Shown piece after piece: positions 40,838-52,899 of a stretch of 55,990 nt of DNA (position 1 is its first letter; every line of letters starts with the position of its first letter). Both the position numbers and the translations under genes were made by a program. The notes below the pieces were generated by a model. It was not told the DNA's origin. It searched no databases and saw only the letters and a program-made list of their open reading frames with translations. This DNA comes from Girardia tigrina (lineage: Eukaryota). Where the stretch lies: contig MQRK01231190.1 of NCBI GenBank assembly GCA_001938485.1, forward strand, positions 6,837 to 62,826. The letters are read 5' to 3'.

Positions 40838-41146
40838 ACTCTCTTGAGTTTTATAGTATCGACACGTAATCTGACTTTGAGTTCAGAAGGTTCTTCCAAC
40901 TATTTGTATACTTTTAACAGTTATTCCTCGCTTGAGTATCGTCAACAGTATCAATCTCGAAAGAGATTTTGTTGATTCAAATTTCAAATATTATCTCGAA
41001 TGAGAAATATTTGATATAATGTAATCTCGAAGGAGATTAAATCTTTTGCAACCTTTTATACTGCCTCACAAGAGACAATCAAATTAAACAATTTATCTCG
41101 CAAGAGATGCTACCGATTTTGATTCACAATTATCTCGCAAGAGATA
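40838..41146. repeat. Array of about 9 short hairpins with core CTC-N4-GAG
   Basis: Clear units at 40954, 40993, 41024, 41063, 41095, 41132; weaker units near 40838, 40871, 40927. Confidence 0.8.
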
Positions 41147-41393
41147 CCTTTTAATTTATTATCTTAATATTATTATGAACTTGAATTACAATAACTGAAC
41201 CAACAGTTTCAATCGCTTTTATTTTTTAATATTACAATCGGTTTTAAATACAAAGTTTGTTTAACAATTGAGGATTCCAAAATTATTTTTTTACCACTTT
41301 TACCGAATATTTTTTCCAATTATTTTTGTGACTTTCTTATAAAAGTCAGGGTGTTTATACCCATTATTGATTTATTTCTTTTAATTTATTTTA

Positions 41394-41563
41394 CGGTGCG
41401 ATTGCACCAATTTAACCTCTTTCGGTGCACTTGCACCTGACATTTATCAATGATGCGCTTGCATCTAAATATCTCCTCAGTTCGGTGCGCTTGCACCTAT
41501 GAGATACAAATGGCAAAAATGCCATTTCAAAAATTTCCTTCTTATCACGGTGCACTTGCACCT
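41394..41563. repeat. Array of 5 palindromes GGTGC-N4-GCACC, ~30-bp period
   Basis: Units at 41395, 41424, 41452 (GATGC/GCATC), 41484, 41549. Confidence 0.85.
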
Positions 41564-41639
41564 ACATAGTTGGCATAAATGTCACTTAAATTGAATAAAA
41601 TTCCTTTTTCCCTTTTATAATAATTAAGATATAAATAAT

Positions 41640-41920
41640 TACATTAATAATAAACATAATAATAATACTAGCAATAACAGCAATATAATTAATCAAATAA
41701 TAATAATCAACACTAAATAATACTAATGATAATTATGATAATTATAATAATAGTAATAATAATAATCTCAATAATACTACTAATAATAATTTTAATAATA
41801 ATTATAATCATTTATTAATAATACTGATATTCAATATATTAATAATAGTAATATGAATATCCAAATAATAATTACGATGATTATAGCAATGATTATATAA
41901 ATAATTATTAATAAATGATA
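41640..41920. repeat. Degenerate (AAT)n microsatellite
   Basis: Runs of aataataat with substitutions. Confidence 0.8.
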
Positions 41921-42229
41921 AACAATGGTTACTGATTTTTTAAATATTTATACATATTATTTAATATATTTTATTTCAGGATCCCAACAGTTATAAAACT
42001 AATTGAGAGCCGAAAGGTGGTACGATCCGGTAAAAGGATATGGAAGCTGAGTTTTATTTTCATTCAATTTTCAATGAAACCTTTACTAAAGGATTTTCTT
42101 TGTATTTTAAACATCAAAAAAAGTTATTTAGAGTTATTATTTTAAATTCGCACATCTATTTAATTTGATACAGCTAAAGGTAAATAACAAGGGATATGCG
42201 TCGAAAGTAAAAAAAAAATAAAATAATGG

Positions 42230-44010
42230 ATCCCTGGAATGGTCTTCAATGTTCCCTTGAACTTTTGCTGGTAATACACAGGGTCTGCGATGTGAAAAGG
42301 AATATTGGACAATGAATTTGCTTTGTTATAATAAAGTCTAAAGATTACGAATATAACATATTTGAAAGTTATGATTATACCGATTTCAAGCATGAACACG
42401 AAATAATAAGCTCTAAATTTTTCCAAACTGATAAACTGAAGATTCCCATGTTTGAGATGATTAGTTTTCCAATAACATATAAGGCTTCTTCAGCAGTCAA
42501 AGTGTAACCACTATTTCCAGTCAGACGGTGTCTCTTACATTTTGAAGTATTTCTAATGTCATCACAATTTTAATTTCTGTAGAAAAAACAGATTTAAAAA
42601 AAACCTTTTTTTATAAATTTTCTAATTGTTGGAATTTAATTTTCTTTTGATAAATCTCTTGTATGCTAACATTAGTTAGAGCAAAACCTCTTTTCTGAAG
42701 CATAAAAAGATTGCAGATTTTGATAAAAACCAGTTTGTTCAACAATATTTTCAAAAAATTCTCCATTGAATAAATATTCAAAACAATTTAGCGATCATGT
42801 CCATAAACACAATTCGTCTTTACCTCCATAATTTGCGACTGTTGTTGACTTAATGTCACCCCATTCTAACAGTTATTATCAATATCAAAATTTAATATTG
42901 ATTCTCCATCACCAGATTCATATTGGAAATGAATTACAGAATCAGTGTAATCCTTATTGAAAAGTTAAAAAACAAAGTAAAAAATACATTATATACACTA
43001 AAGTGACCATTTTTTTAATTTCTAAGTTTCATAACATTTCGTATGAACTTTTTTTTGCTGAGAATGAATCTGTAATCAGAATTCTTCAACATTAAAAAAA
43101 ATAAAAAATTTTACCATTTTGGTTTTAAGGAAATTACAATAAGTTGTATAATAATTTATGACAAACTGGTTTGCACTAATCAAACGCCAACGTAAAAATA
43201 ATTTATTTAAGATACATTATTTAATTTACATGTGACACTGACATAAAAATAAGAGAATTTATCAAATTACAAACAGAAGTAAATCTTCCAATCTTTTCAT
43301 TAGCTAGTCTAAAATTCTGTCAACAGCTTCATTTGTACATGGGTTGCACGTCCACCTTTCCTTCTAAATCGTGCTTTGTAAGTATTTTAGTAAATATAGA
43401 TGATAATCTTTTAGCTGGGCACAATCTACAACATTTCTGACGCTGAAACAAACATGATCAAATTGATAAACCAAATTGTTTAAATCTATAGTGTTTTTAT
43501 ATTTATATTTTAATACCAACTCAACCATCAGTGAGTCTATTGCCTTACTGTTCCATCTTGCTGAACTGGAATTTTAATACAACTCCTTCCTCAAGTCTCA
43601 TCAGCAGCTCGATCATCTGCACAGGAACCGTCCCTAGAATTTTTGGCAGGTGAGCTCTAAAAACGAACAACATTCAATCCAAATTCAATTACATGGATTG
43701 CATCACGACAGTCTGATGTGGTTATCATAGAGCTGTTTTGAGCAAATTAAACTCAGGATATTCCCACAGCATCTTTGGTAGAATCCGTAGTCAAATTCAG
43801 AACCATAGGAAATAATGGATTTCGATGAACACAATAGTTGATGATATAATAGGATTTTTCTATTTTATAGCGAGTCGAATTCACAGCAACGACACGTCCA
43901 AACTTTTTATCCATAGAATTGTTCCCCACTTCACACTCAAACAGAAGTTAAACATTTAATTGTATCAGGAACAAATTCTTCATTTAAAAATCACTCTCGG
44001 CAACAATACA
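42230..44010 (-). pseudogene. Multi-exon EGFR-like receptor ectodomain/TM pseudogene (tentative)
   Basis: L-domain-like MKNLFLIQ..LLFE...VVAVNS...HRNPL; Cys-rich pieces WTCNPCTNEA and YGGKDELCLW..LNCFEYLFNGE; TM-like IGIIITFKYVIFVIFRLYYNK; short GT-AG intron near 43657-43692. Confidence 0.42.
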
Positions 44011-44082
44011 TGCAAACAACATAACAAAGAAATTTCCAAAATGAAAAAAAGTTAATTTATTTTTATTTTTGACATCTAAAAT

Positions 44083-46602
44083 CACGGTGGCCCTAAATCA
44101 ACTTTTAGTCGAAAAAAATTTGCCAGAAAAGCAGTTTGCACTTTCTGAATCTATTTCAGATCCTGATTCAATATATGTAAAAATTAAAATCTTCTATCGA
44201 GGGCTTCGTTAGAAAATCGATATTAACGATTTTGTGCGCATGTCTATATANNNNNNNNNNNNNNNNNNNNNNNNNNNNNNNNNNNNNNNNNNNNNNNNNN
44301 NNNNNNNNNNNNNNNNNNNNNNNNNNNNNNNNNNNNNNNNNNNNNNNNNNNNNNNNNNNNNNNNNNNNNNNNNNNNNNNNNNNNNNNNNNNNNNNNNNNN
44401 NNNNNNNNNNNNNNNNNNNNNNNNNNNNNNNNNNNNNNNNNNNNNNNNNNNNNNNNNNNNNNNNNNNNNNNNNNNNNNNNNNNNNNNNNNNNNNNNNNNN
44501 NNNTTCGCTCCATCTTGCAAGGCCTTCATTCTTATCACGTAAAAAATCGTCTATGTGAAAAAAGATTGCATGGACTTTTGGCGTTACACTGATTTCTAGG
44601 TCCAGGAAGCTTGTTTGAAATTCCTTTATAAAATCCGAATAATTTAAATCGAGTTTATGGCCATAGCATGATTTGACAACGTTCTTGAATGCTGACAGGC
44701 ACTCGACATATTTCAAGCACCGTAAGGGAGTCATTGAGCGCAATAAGTCAATTTTCGATAAAAGTTCATTGCACGAGTTACCATTAAAAGATCCACCATG
44801 AATAGCATCTCTTTGTACGTGGCACTTTACTGCCCAACCAATTGCTGCTGGCCATTCTTTCATTAGAGAATTGAAAATNNNNNNNNNNNNNNNNNNNNNN
44901 AGATGGAGCTCGGGAGGGGGAAGAAGAGTGATGACCTTATCATCCGGATCGCCATTCAACAAAGGCAGATGGACGACATTCCCATACTCTTTAGCATGTT
45001 TTATGTCACTGCCTGATTCATGCCAAGCTCAAAATTTTTCTCGGATATTTGCCAATGTTCGAAGTTTACCTTTTGAATTCAGATTCGATTTTCCGACATC
45101 ACACCAACAACAGGGGTGAGTAGATCCATGTGACATTAATCCAAGGAGNNNNNNNNNNNNNNNNNNNNNNNNNNNNNNNNNNNNNNNNNNNNNNNNNNNN
45201 NNNNNNNNNNNNNNNNNNNNNNNNNNNNNNNNNNNNNNNNNNNNNNNNNNNNNNNNNNNNNNNNNNNNNNNNNNNNNNNNNNNNNNNNNNNNNNNNNNNN
45301 NNNNNNNNNNNNNNNNNNNNNNNNNNNNNNNNNNNNNNNNNNNNNNNNNNNNNNNNNNNNNNNNNNNNNNNNNNNNNNNNNNNNNNNNNNNNNNNNNNNN
45401 NNNNNNNNNNNNNNNNNNNNNNNNNNNNNNNNNNNNNNNNNNNNNNNNNNNNNNNNNNNNNNNNNNNNNNNNNNNNNNNNNNNNNNNNNNNNNNNNNNNN
45501 NNNNNNNNNNNNNNNNNNNNNNNNNNNNNNNNNNNNNNNNNNNNNNNNNNNNNNNNNNNNNNNNNNNNNNNNNNNNNNNNNNNNNNNNNNNNNNNNNNNN
45601 NNNNNNNNNNNNNNNNNNNNNNNNNNNNNNNNNNNNNNNNNNNNNNNNNNNNNNNNNNNNNNNNNNNNNNNNNNNNNNNNNNNNNNNNNNNNNNNNNNNN
45701 NNNNNNNNNNNNNNNNNNNNNNNNNNNNNNNNNNNNNNNNNNNNNNNNNNNNNNNNNNNNNNNNNNNNNNNNNNNNTTGCTGATGCAACCTTTTCACTTT
45801 CTTTTGGGGAAATAGCAGCAGCAAGATTCGTGATATTTTGTAGACGAGTAGAGCTGCTACAATTGTGTCCCTTGCCACGACTAACAACAGTAAGGAAAAA
45901 CTGGCAAAGACGCACTGGAATTTTTTTCAGAATAGCACAGTCTTTTGATTTGTATGTTGAGGGAGGCCGCCCTCGCCGAGAACAAGTCTTCGGCCTTATG
46001 TTATTACGAGCTTTGACACATACTATACACGAACATGAAGGTGAAGAACAAGTAATTGGGGGAGCAGAACCAACTGCAGAATAATCAAACAATTCTATAC
46101 TCCTGCTGAAATCACCTGCTGCATATTCCTGGGTTATTTTTCGGCACACACTGCACAAAGCATTAGGCAAACGTGAGTCATTTGGATCATATCCATGTAC
46201 AAAATATTCTTCAATTATAGCTTGAATATTAGCATTGATTGTTCTCCTTTCTTTGGACTTGCCCAGGCACAATAAACACACTGCTGAGCGGGATTCATCG
46301 TGATTTCTTGCTGTATTTGGCATTTTCATCAAATGAGACACTCAAGAAAACTCATTTGTGCCAAAGTAGCAGTTTGATGAAAGTAATGTAAAACTATCAC
46401 GTGATATCTAAAATGTCCATATCAAAAATGTCCATATATGGACATGCGCACAAAATCGTTAACATCGATTTTCTAACGAAGCCCTCGATAGAAGATTTTA
46501 ATTTTTACATATATTGAATCAGGATCTGAAATAGATTCAGAAAGTGCAAACTGTTTTTCTGGCAAATTTTTTTCGACTAAAAGTTGATTCAGGGCCACCG
46601 TG
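44083..46602 (-). mobile_element. Chapaev (CMC superfamily) DNA transposon, young copy with N-gaps
   Basis: ~166-bp near-identical TIRs beginning CACGGTGGCCCT; 4-bp TSD AAAT (44079-82, 46603-06). Confidence 0.9.
44504..46329 (-). CDS. Chapaev transposase (gapped; one in-frame TGA near 45030)
   Basis: Chapa Zn finger HDESRSAVCLLC...LPNALCSVC...CSCIVCVKAR...GKGHNC; core HGSTHPCCWC, PPPELHL, HGGSFNGNSCNELL, VTPKVHAIFFH, GLARWSE. Confidence 0.85.
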
Positions 46603-46740
46603 AAATATGTCCATTCCTATATGAAACAAACAGATTTAAAATGTCTAAAATCAACATTTTTTGCTTTTCTTTTTAATTTTTTATGAATCCAGAACAGCCT
46701 CTTTTGTGGTCAGCGGTAATGAACTATCATCGGGGGATGT

Positions 46741-46908
46741 CACGATCTCGTCCGTGTTCACATCCCGCGCATAATAAGCGGCCCCGAAGTTGTCGCAGCC
46801 GATCTGGCGCAAGTCCGTGTAGGTGAGCGCGGGGTCGTGCTCGAGTGAGAACAGAACTGAGATAGCGGGTCGCTCCTTGAATATCGTCGGGCGAATCGTG
46901 TTGAGCAT
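46741..46908 (-). pseudogene. TAOK: TAO kinase N-terminal fragment
   Basis: MLNTIRPTIFKERPAISVLFSLEHDPALTYTDLRQIGCDNFGAAYYARDVNTDEIV resembles [45 protein letters not shown]; truncated before the VAIK lysine. Confidence 0.85.
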
Positions 46909-46985
46909 CTCTATGACGACAAGAGTGACGATGATGAGGCGATTATCGATTGATAATGTCGATGGATTTTCGAACTGACCAGATG

Positions 46986-47130
46986 CCAAAAGAAAATCGA
47001 TAGTAAATAAATTACGAATTTTGTCGGCCGCAGAGACACGCGCGATTCGTCAATCGATCAATATCGAATATGATTGCAATTCGATTTGACGAAACCAAAA
47101 GAAAATCGATAGAAAATAAATTACGAATTT
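46986..47130. repeat. 36-bp direct repeat containing ATCGATA
   Basis: CCAAAAGAAAATCGATAG(T/A)AAATAAATTACGAATTT at 46986 and 47095. Confidence 0.85.
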
Positions 47131-49269
47131 CTTTGATTATAATGTTTTCTGTTTTATTTAACGAATTATCGATAGAAAACTTTTTGAAAATGAAATATGA
47201 AATCGAATTATTTTCAAATTCAAATACACGAACATTGAATAATGTTTATTTTACAAAAAAATCCCGCAAAAGCTTTTTACAAATTTATTGACATTAATCT
47301 ATCTAAACAAAAAAATATTGAAATTCCAATTCACAATTAAATAAAAAGTTTTTGATAAAAAAGAATTCGTATTATTTTACAAAATTTAATTTTTTATACA
47401 AGTATTTCACTAAATAATATCATTTCTTCAATCAACAAAAATCATTTTAATAAACGAACAGCAAAAACAAAAAAATAAAATACAATTTTGAAATGTCAGA
47501 CAGAGATTTAATAATTATGTGTAATTATAAATAAGAAATATCGGATTTTTTATATATATATTTAATATTTATAAATACTGATTAAAATTTTGTGTCACTA
47601 CAGCCTCCTTAAAGAATAATAAATCGACAATTTCGTACCGAAATAAATGTCGTTAAAAATATTAAATTCTGACGCTAATTGTTGTGATGAATTGAATTCA
47701 AATAATTGAATATCGTGCTGTAAATTAAAGGAAACAAATAATCAAATTAAAAAATCTCCAACATATTCACAGTCCCAAATATATTAAAAATCATCGGGAA
47801 ATCAAAAAAGAACATAAGAGATCAGAAAAAAAGAACAGACGAACGAAAATGAATAAATTAATAAAATTTAAAAGAAATATTTTAATAATAAATCAGGAAC
47901 TGTGAACAAAACCAGGCCACAATGTCATTATTATTGTTTCTTGGAAAATTTATTGACAATCCATATACAGATAATTTTGGAATTCCTTAAATAATAAAAA
48001 AAATAATAACAAATTATTCGAGAAAATTATTAAAATTAAATCAAATTTTCTTAATGAAATCGAGAAATACTACAACAAATAAATTTTGTAAAAATATGTA
48101 GAAATCTGGATAAAAACTAGAGGATGGAATACATCGCGAAGTATCAAAACAAGGGGAGAGAAATATAAATATTTCAATAAGAATTTGAATTTTTTTCACT
48201 AAATATAAATTATTTAGTTCATTATCTAAATATTTATTTATAAATATCTAGTGATAATATTTACGTAAATGCTTCTGTACTTAACATTTATATTAAACAT
48301 AACTATTTACACAATTTGATGCTATTTGAAAAATCTAGAAAAAAGGAATGATAAGAATAAGATAACCTCGGATATTCGCTACCTTGAGATTTGTTATTTT
48401 AAAATAAATAATTACTAATTAAAAATTTCATTATAAAGAAACTGTTAAGCAATTTATATTTACTTATATAAATTAATTTTGACTGAAAGAAATGTCTCAA
48501 ATATAATAAGAAATTTGTCATAAAAAATTGTTATTAAAAATTTGAGATTTTAAAGTTTGTTATAAGAATAAATTAAATAAAAATATTTAATACTCGTTTT
48601 TGCTTTTCCACTGTCATTTTGAGTAATTTAATTAATATTAATTGCTAAATTAAAATTTAATATTTATTTAGAGAACTATTAAATAAAAAATCCGGAAATT
48701 TAATCTAACATTTCCTTATGATCCGATCAGATATTTATTATATTCGTCAATTATGTCATAGGTTTTCTTTTATTGTTCATGTAATAATTTGCTTTATTTC
48801 ATGAAAATTATTCATTTTAAAATCTTTATTTAAATAATAAATAATAATATTTAAGGATCATAACTAGGAGTTTTTTTTAATTTTTTTAGACTCCTGTTGT
48901 CCTACAGACGAGGACAATTTTAAATATCTTCATTAAAAGAAATTCAAAGCCCCCAGATTATGGGAATATGGCTGTGAACGAAGCTAAGGAAATTTCGCCC
49001 CATCGGCTTCATTTCCTTAATGATTGAATTTTGCCTCCCGATGCTACAACCAAATTCCCGATCTTTTTTCTAAACCAAAAAGTAAACAATATTTTAGAAT
49101 TTGTAAATATCCTACACTGGTAATCAGGATAATATTTATAAGAAGTTCCTGAATCTGATATTTTGGAAAAACAATTTTGTTAGAGCTTTTTTAAGAAATT
49201 AATTATTGTATATGTTTTGGAATTTCCTATTCCATCATCAGCAATTATATAGGCTCATGAAAAGACATA

Positions 49270-50635
49270 AAGCTGGTCATGCACTCCACTATGTACGATG
49301 GGCGTTCCGAGAGTAAGTGGAAATACTTATATGCGGGTGTGCGCGGGTGTGTTCATCTTACAGAGGGACAGATGGCATGGTGGCGTGATGTACTTACCAG
49401 CCAATAAAAATCGAGCAAAAGTGGCATTGGTCCATACAACATGTGAGTTTGGAAAATTCGGCCTCTTTGTGGCATTCTGGTAGAAGGATTCTTGGGATTT
49501 TTGTTGACTTATCTAACATTAGGCCGTCTTTGTGTCGGTCGATAATCAGTGAAAAGTGAGGGATGTTTTGGATAGAAGCGTTTTTCTTTTGATCTTCAAT
49601 TAGCTCTTTGAGGGTGATGTGGGATAATTCTTCGGAGTGCTTTTCTTCCTGATGTCGGGATATAAAATTGGCTACTACGTTCTATGAGCCTTTGATGTAA
49701 TCTATTTCCATATTGAACTGAGAGAGGAATTAGATCTATCGCCATTGTCGATTTGATGGGTTCATTATTGTTTGGAGATATAGTAGAGGCTTATGATTTG
49801 TTTGCACTGTGAATTTATCGTTCTCAAGGTAATACTTGAAATGTCTAACCGCATGGACTATAGACAGAAGTTCACGGTCGAATGTGGCATATTTTCTTTC
49901 TGTTGTGGTGAGTTTCCTAGAAAAAAAATATTGGTTTCATATGACCTTCTTTATCTTCTAGGTTGATGCTGCTGCCTACTCCTGTTTCTAATGTGTCTGT
50001 ACATAATATAAATGGGGAACTGTCGTCTGGTAGACCTATTTTTTTATATTTTTGAGTTTTAACTTTGTTTCTTGGAAAGCTCGCTCATGTTTCACCTCCC
50101 AGTTGAATTTGGTTCCACGTTTGTTGCTCTGTGTGACCAGGTCGTGAAGGAGGGCTAACGTCTCTGAAAGTCTTGGAATTAGTTATTGGTAGATGTTGAT
50201 TGCTCCGATGAATCTTTGTAGCATTTTGGTGGATCTCAGTGACTCTATTGCATAAATATTACACAAGTTCATCTGTATTGATTTTACGCCGAGTTTCGAA
50301 ATGTTGAAACCTAAAAAATCAATGTTCCAGTTGCATCTGCTGGAGTTGAATTTTAGTTTGGCGGACTTCAATCTGTTCAGGATATCTTGTACATGATGCT
50401 TGTGTTCTCTTTCGTCCTTTGAAAATATAATAATATCATAGATTTACGCCAAGGCTTATGCTTCGGATCCTCGTAGAATGGAGTCAATTGTTCGCTGAAA
50501 TGCCTGCGCCGCATTCCTTAATGAAAAAAGGCATGAAGTTATATTCATAGAGTCCAAAAGGAGTGATGACGGCCGTTTTGTGTTTGTCAGCTTCCTCAAT
50601 CTGGATTTGATGATAGGCTTTCTCGATATCGATTT
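49270..50635 (-). mobile_element. Ty3/Gypsy pol remnant (RT, RNase H, start of integrase)
   Basis: IDIEKAYHQI, KTAVITPFGLYEYNFMPF, LRNAAQAFQR, IDFLGFNIS, ERKYATFDRELLSIV..VRHFKYYL, TNHKPL, YIKGS.NVVAN. Confidence 0.93.
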
Positions 50636-50699
50636 TTAATTTTAAAATTTCAATTTTTAACAGAATGAAAGTACTTCATAAATTTTCTGCCAAAAAATG

Positions 50700-50935
50700 T
50701 TTCATTCATTTTTAACAATGAATAGTATATTCAGAGAAAAGGGGTTCGTCATTAGCACCAACGTTTGCATCAATTTTTAAGAAGTCTCTTGAGGAAAACA
50801 TCGATATATACCCTGAAGAAAAACATGTGATCTACAAGAGATATGTAGATCACATCTTACTTGTTTTCAAAAACCAATCCCTGATAGAACTATTCTTAAA
50901 AATTTGAATGGTCCTCATCCTAATATTAATTTCCC
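50700..50935 (+). mobile_element. Penelope RT fragment related to the 15945-17596 family
   Basis: LAPTFASIFKKSLEE...YKRYVDHILLVFKNQS...LNGPHPNINF. Confidence 0.85.
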
Positions 50936-52899
50936 TAAAAAGTCCGAAGTATACAAAAAATAAAACTCGAATGACTGGGTCATCCTTACGCGGCCCCACG
51001 CTCTCGGTTTCGGCTCGGTGATGACGACACATCGACTGCGACCGGTTGTCCTATGGTTGCCACTTTCCCCTACCATTCGACGGTGGCCCCCGTCACTGGT
51101 GGAAGCGGGTTCATCTAACGTGCGGAACCTCACGGATTCTGCAAAATTAAGTGGTCGGGAAGAAACTCATTCTGAAGCAACGAACCCATCACATTAATAT
51201 TTTAAAATAAGCTAAATGCAGTCGACACTGGCAAATCAGTGCATTATGGGACCGAAAAAAAGTGTTTCAGTCGAATTACTTTAAATAAAAGATCTTTTCA
51301 ATCGAGTTTTTTTATTGTTTCAAAACATTTTCAACATTCTTTAATTTATTCAAATTCGATAATCCACCAGAAATATTTTTTCGGTTTCATAATTTAAGGA
51401 TTAGCGAGAGTCAACTGTAATAATAAATAATTATGAATTATGAATAAATTTTTGTAAAATTATTACTTTTAGAATGGCGGCCTTAGTGAGTTTATTTTAC
51501 ATTGGATATTTTGAATCATTAATTTACAAAAGAAAAAAAAGCCGGATTGAAAACATAAATCATCAAAAATAGTCAAATAATTTATTAAAAAAATCATTAT
51601 AAATATTATTCAAAATTAAAATAAATATCGAATGGGAAACGAATATAAACTGAGGATTGAAAGAGGGGGGTAAAGGATCGATATGATTATATTGACAAAG
51701 AAAACTCAATGAATATTTTAATCTCTGTTGTTGATTAGCCTTAGAATTTATTATTTATAACTTCAATTTATAAAATTTCTCCACGAAAGAGGATTTTCTT
51801 TAAAATTATATTTTAATAATTTCTTGTTAGTAAATAGAGAACTTTTGGGTTTCACAACGTAATACTTTATGAGGTAAGAGTTACCTTCTGAATATATGTT
51901 TAAAGGTTATGGAACATGTTTTTTAAGAACAAGATCTCCATGATAATCTTCAATAGTAGTGATAATCAATAATAAACGCCATGGATATAGAAAAAAATAA
52001 TAATTTATTTTTCTACTTAAATCTATACATTTAGTCGATCTATTTTCTAAACTTTGAATTCCATTTAGCAAAACATTCTTGATCTTGCCCTAAAAAAGTC
52101 CCTAACAGCGGCTATCAAGTCGCTATCGTTGTCATATTTCTTGCTCCGGAAGTGTTCCTTGAGCCGATGAAAGAGAAAGTTCATTTCTTAAATGGCAGCC
52201 CCAAACATCTGCAGCTTTGGTAACCGATGATTTGTCTTGGTTAAACCGTACTCTAGCCCGCAGTTTGCGCGCCTTTCTGATTGATTGCCTCCTGCAATCT
52301 TATTATTTGTTTTACGCAATAGGGGCTCATAAAAGTGGTACTCTTCTCCAAATAGTCCATAATAACGGACATATTTTCCCTGCTGTACTTGACACTTTGA
52401 AATTCTTAGATGTCGATTTGTCGGATTGTTTCAAGGTCATCGATTGTTGGTTAGTTTCTGGATCAAAGTAGTGGATCTAAGTCTTGTCCATGGTCACAAA
52501 ACATGACAAAGATTTTTTATTGTCTGTGTAGAAGCTTTTGAGATTTGCTCTTGAAATGTCGACTCGTTTCTTCTCTTGTTCGTCGGTCAACATTCTCGGC
52601 ACGTGATGCTCAGAGACATTTCTCATATGCAATTTATTCACAAGGATTCTTTAAATACTGCCATACTCTGTGATCTCAGCTACATACCTGATAGTCACTC
52701 GACGATCTGCAAATGCAACTTCTTCCAATTATTTTACGTTATTTTTAGGGAATGATGTGGATGTGCTTTCTTCACATTGTTTATCTTCGGTCGATGTTCT
52801 TCCCAGTTTAAACTCCTTGACCCAACGTTTAACTAGGGAATATGTAGGAAAAGAGTCCCCCCAATGTTTCCATCAAGTCGCAGTGTATGTCTTTGGTAG

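Noticed and set aside
40838-41563. CRISPR array
   Set aside because: Repeats are only ~14-16 bp and variable, spacers are short, no cas genes are present and the context is eukaryotic.
44209-45887. Long ORFs made mostly of X
   Set aside because: Artefacts of N-gaps; only the minus-strand transposase frame is supported.
44083-46602. Transib/ProtoRAG element
   Set aside because: The TSD is 4 bp rather than 5 bp, the protein has Chapaev motifs, and there is no RAG2-like gene.
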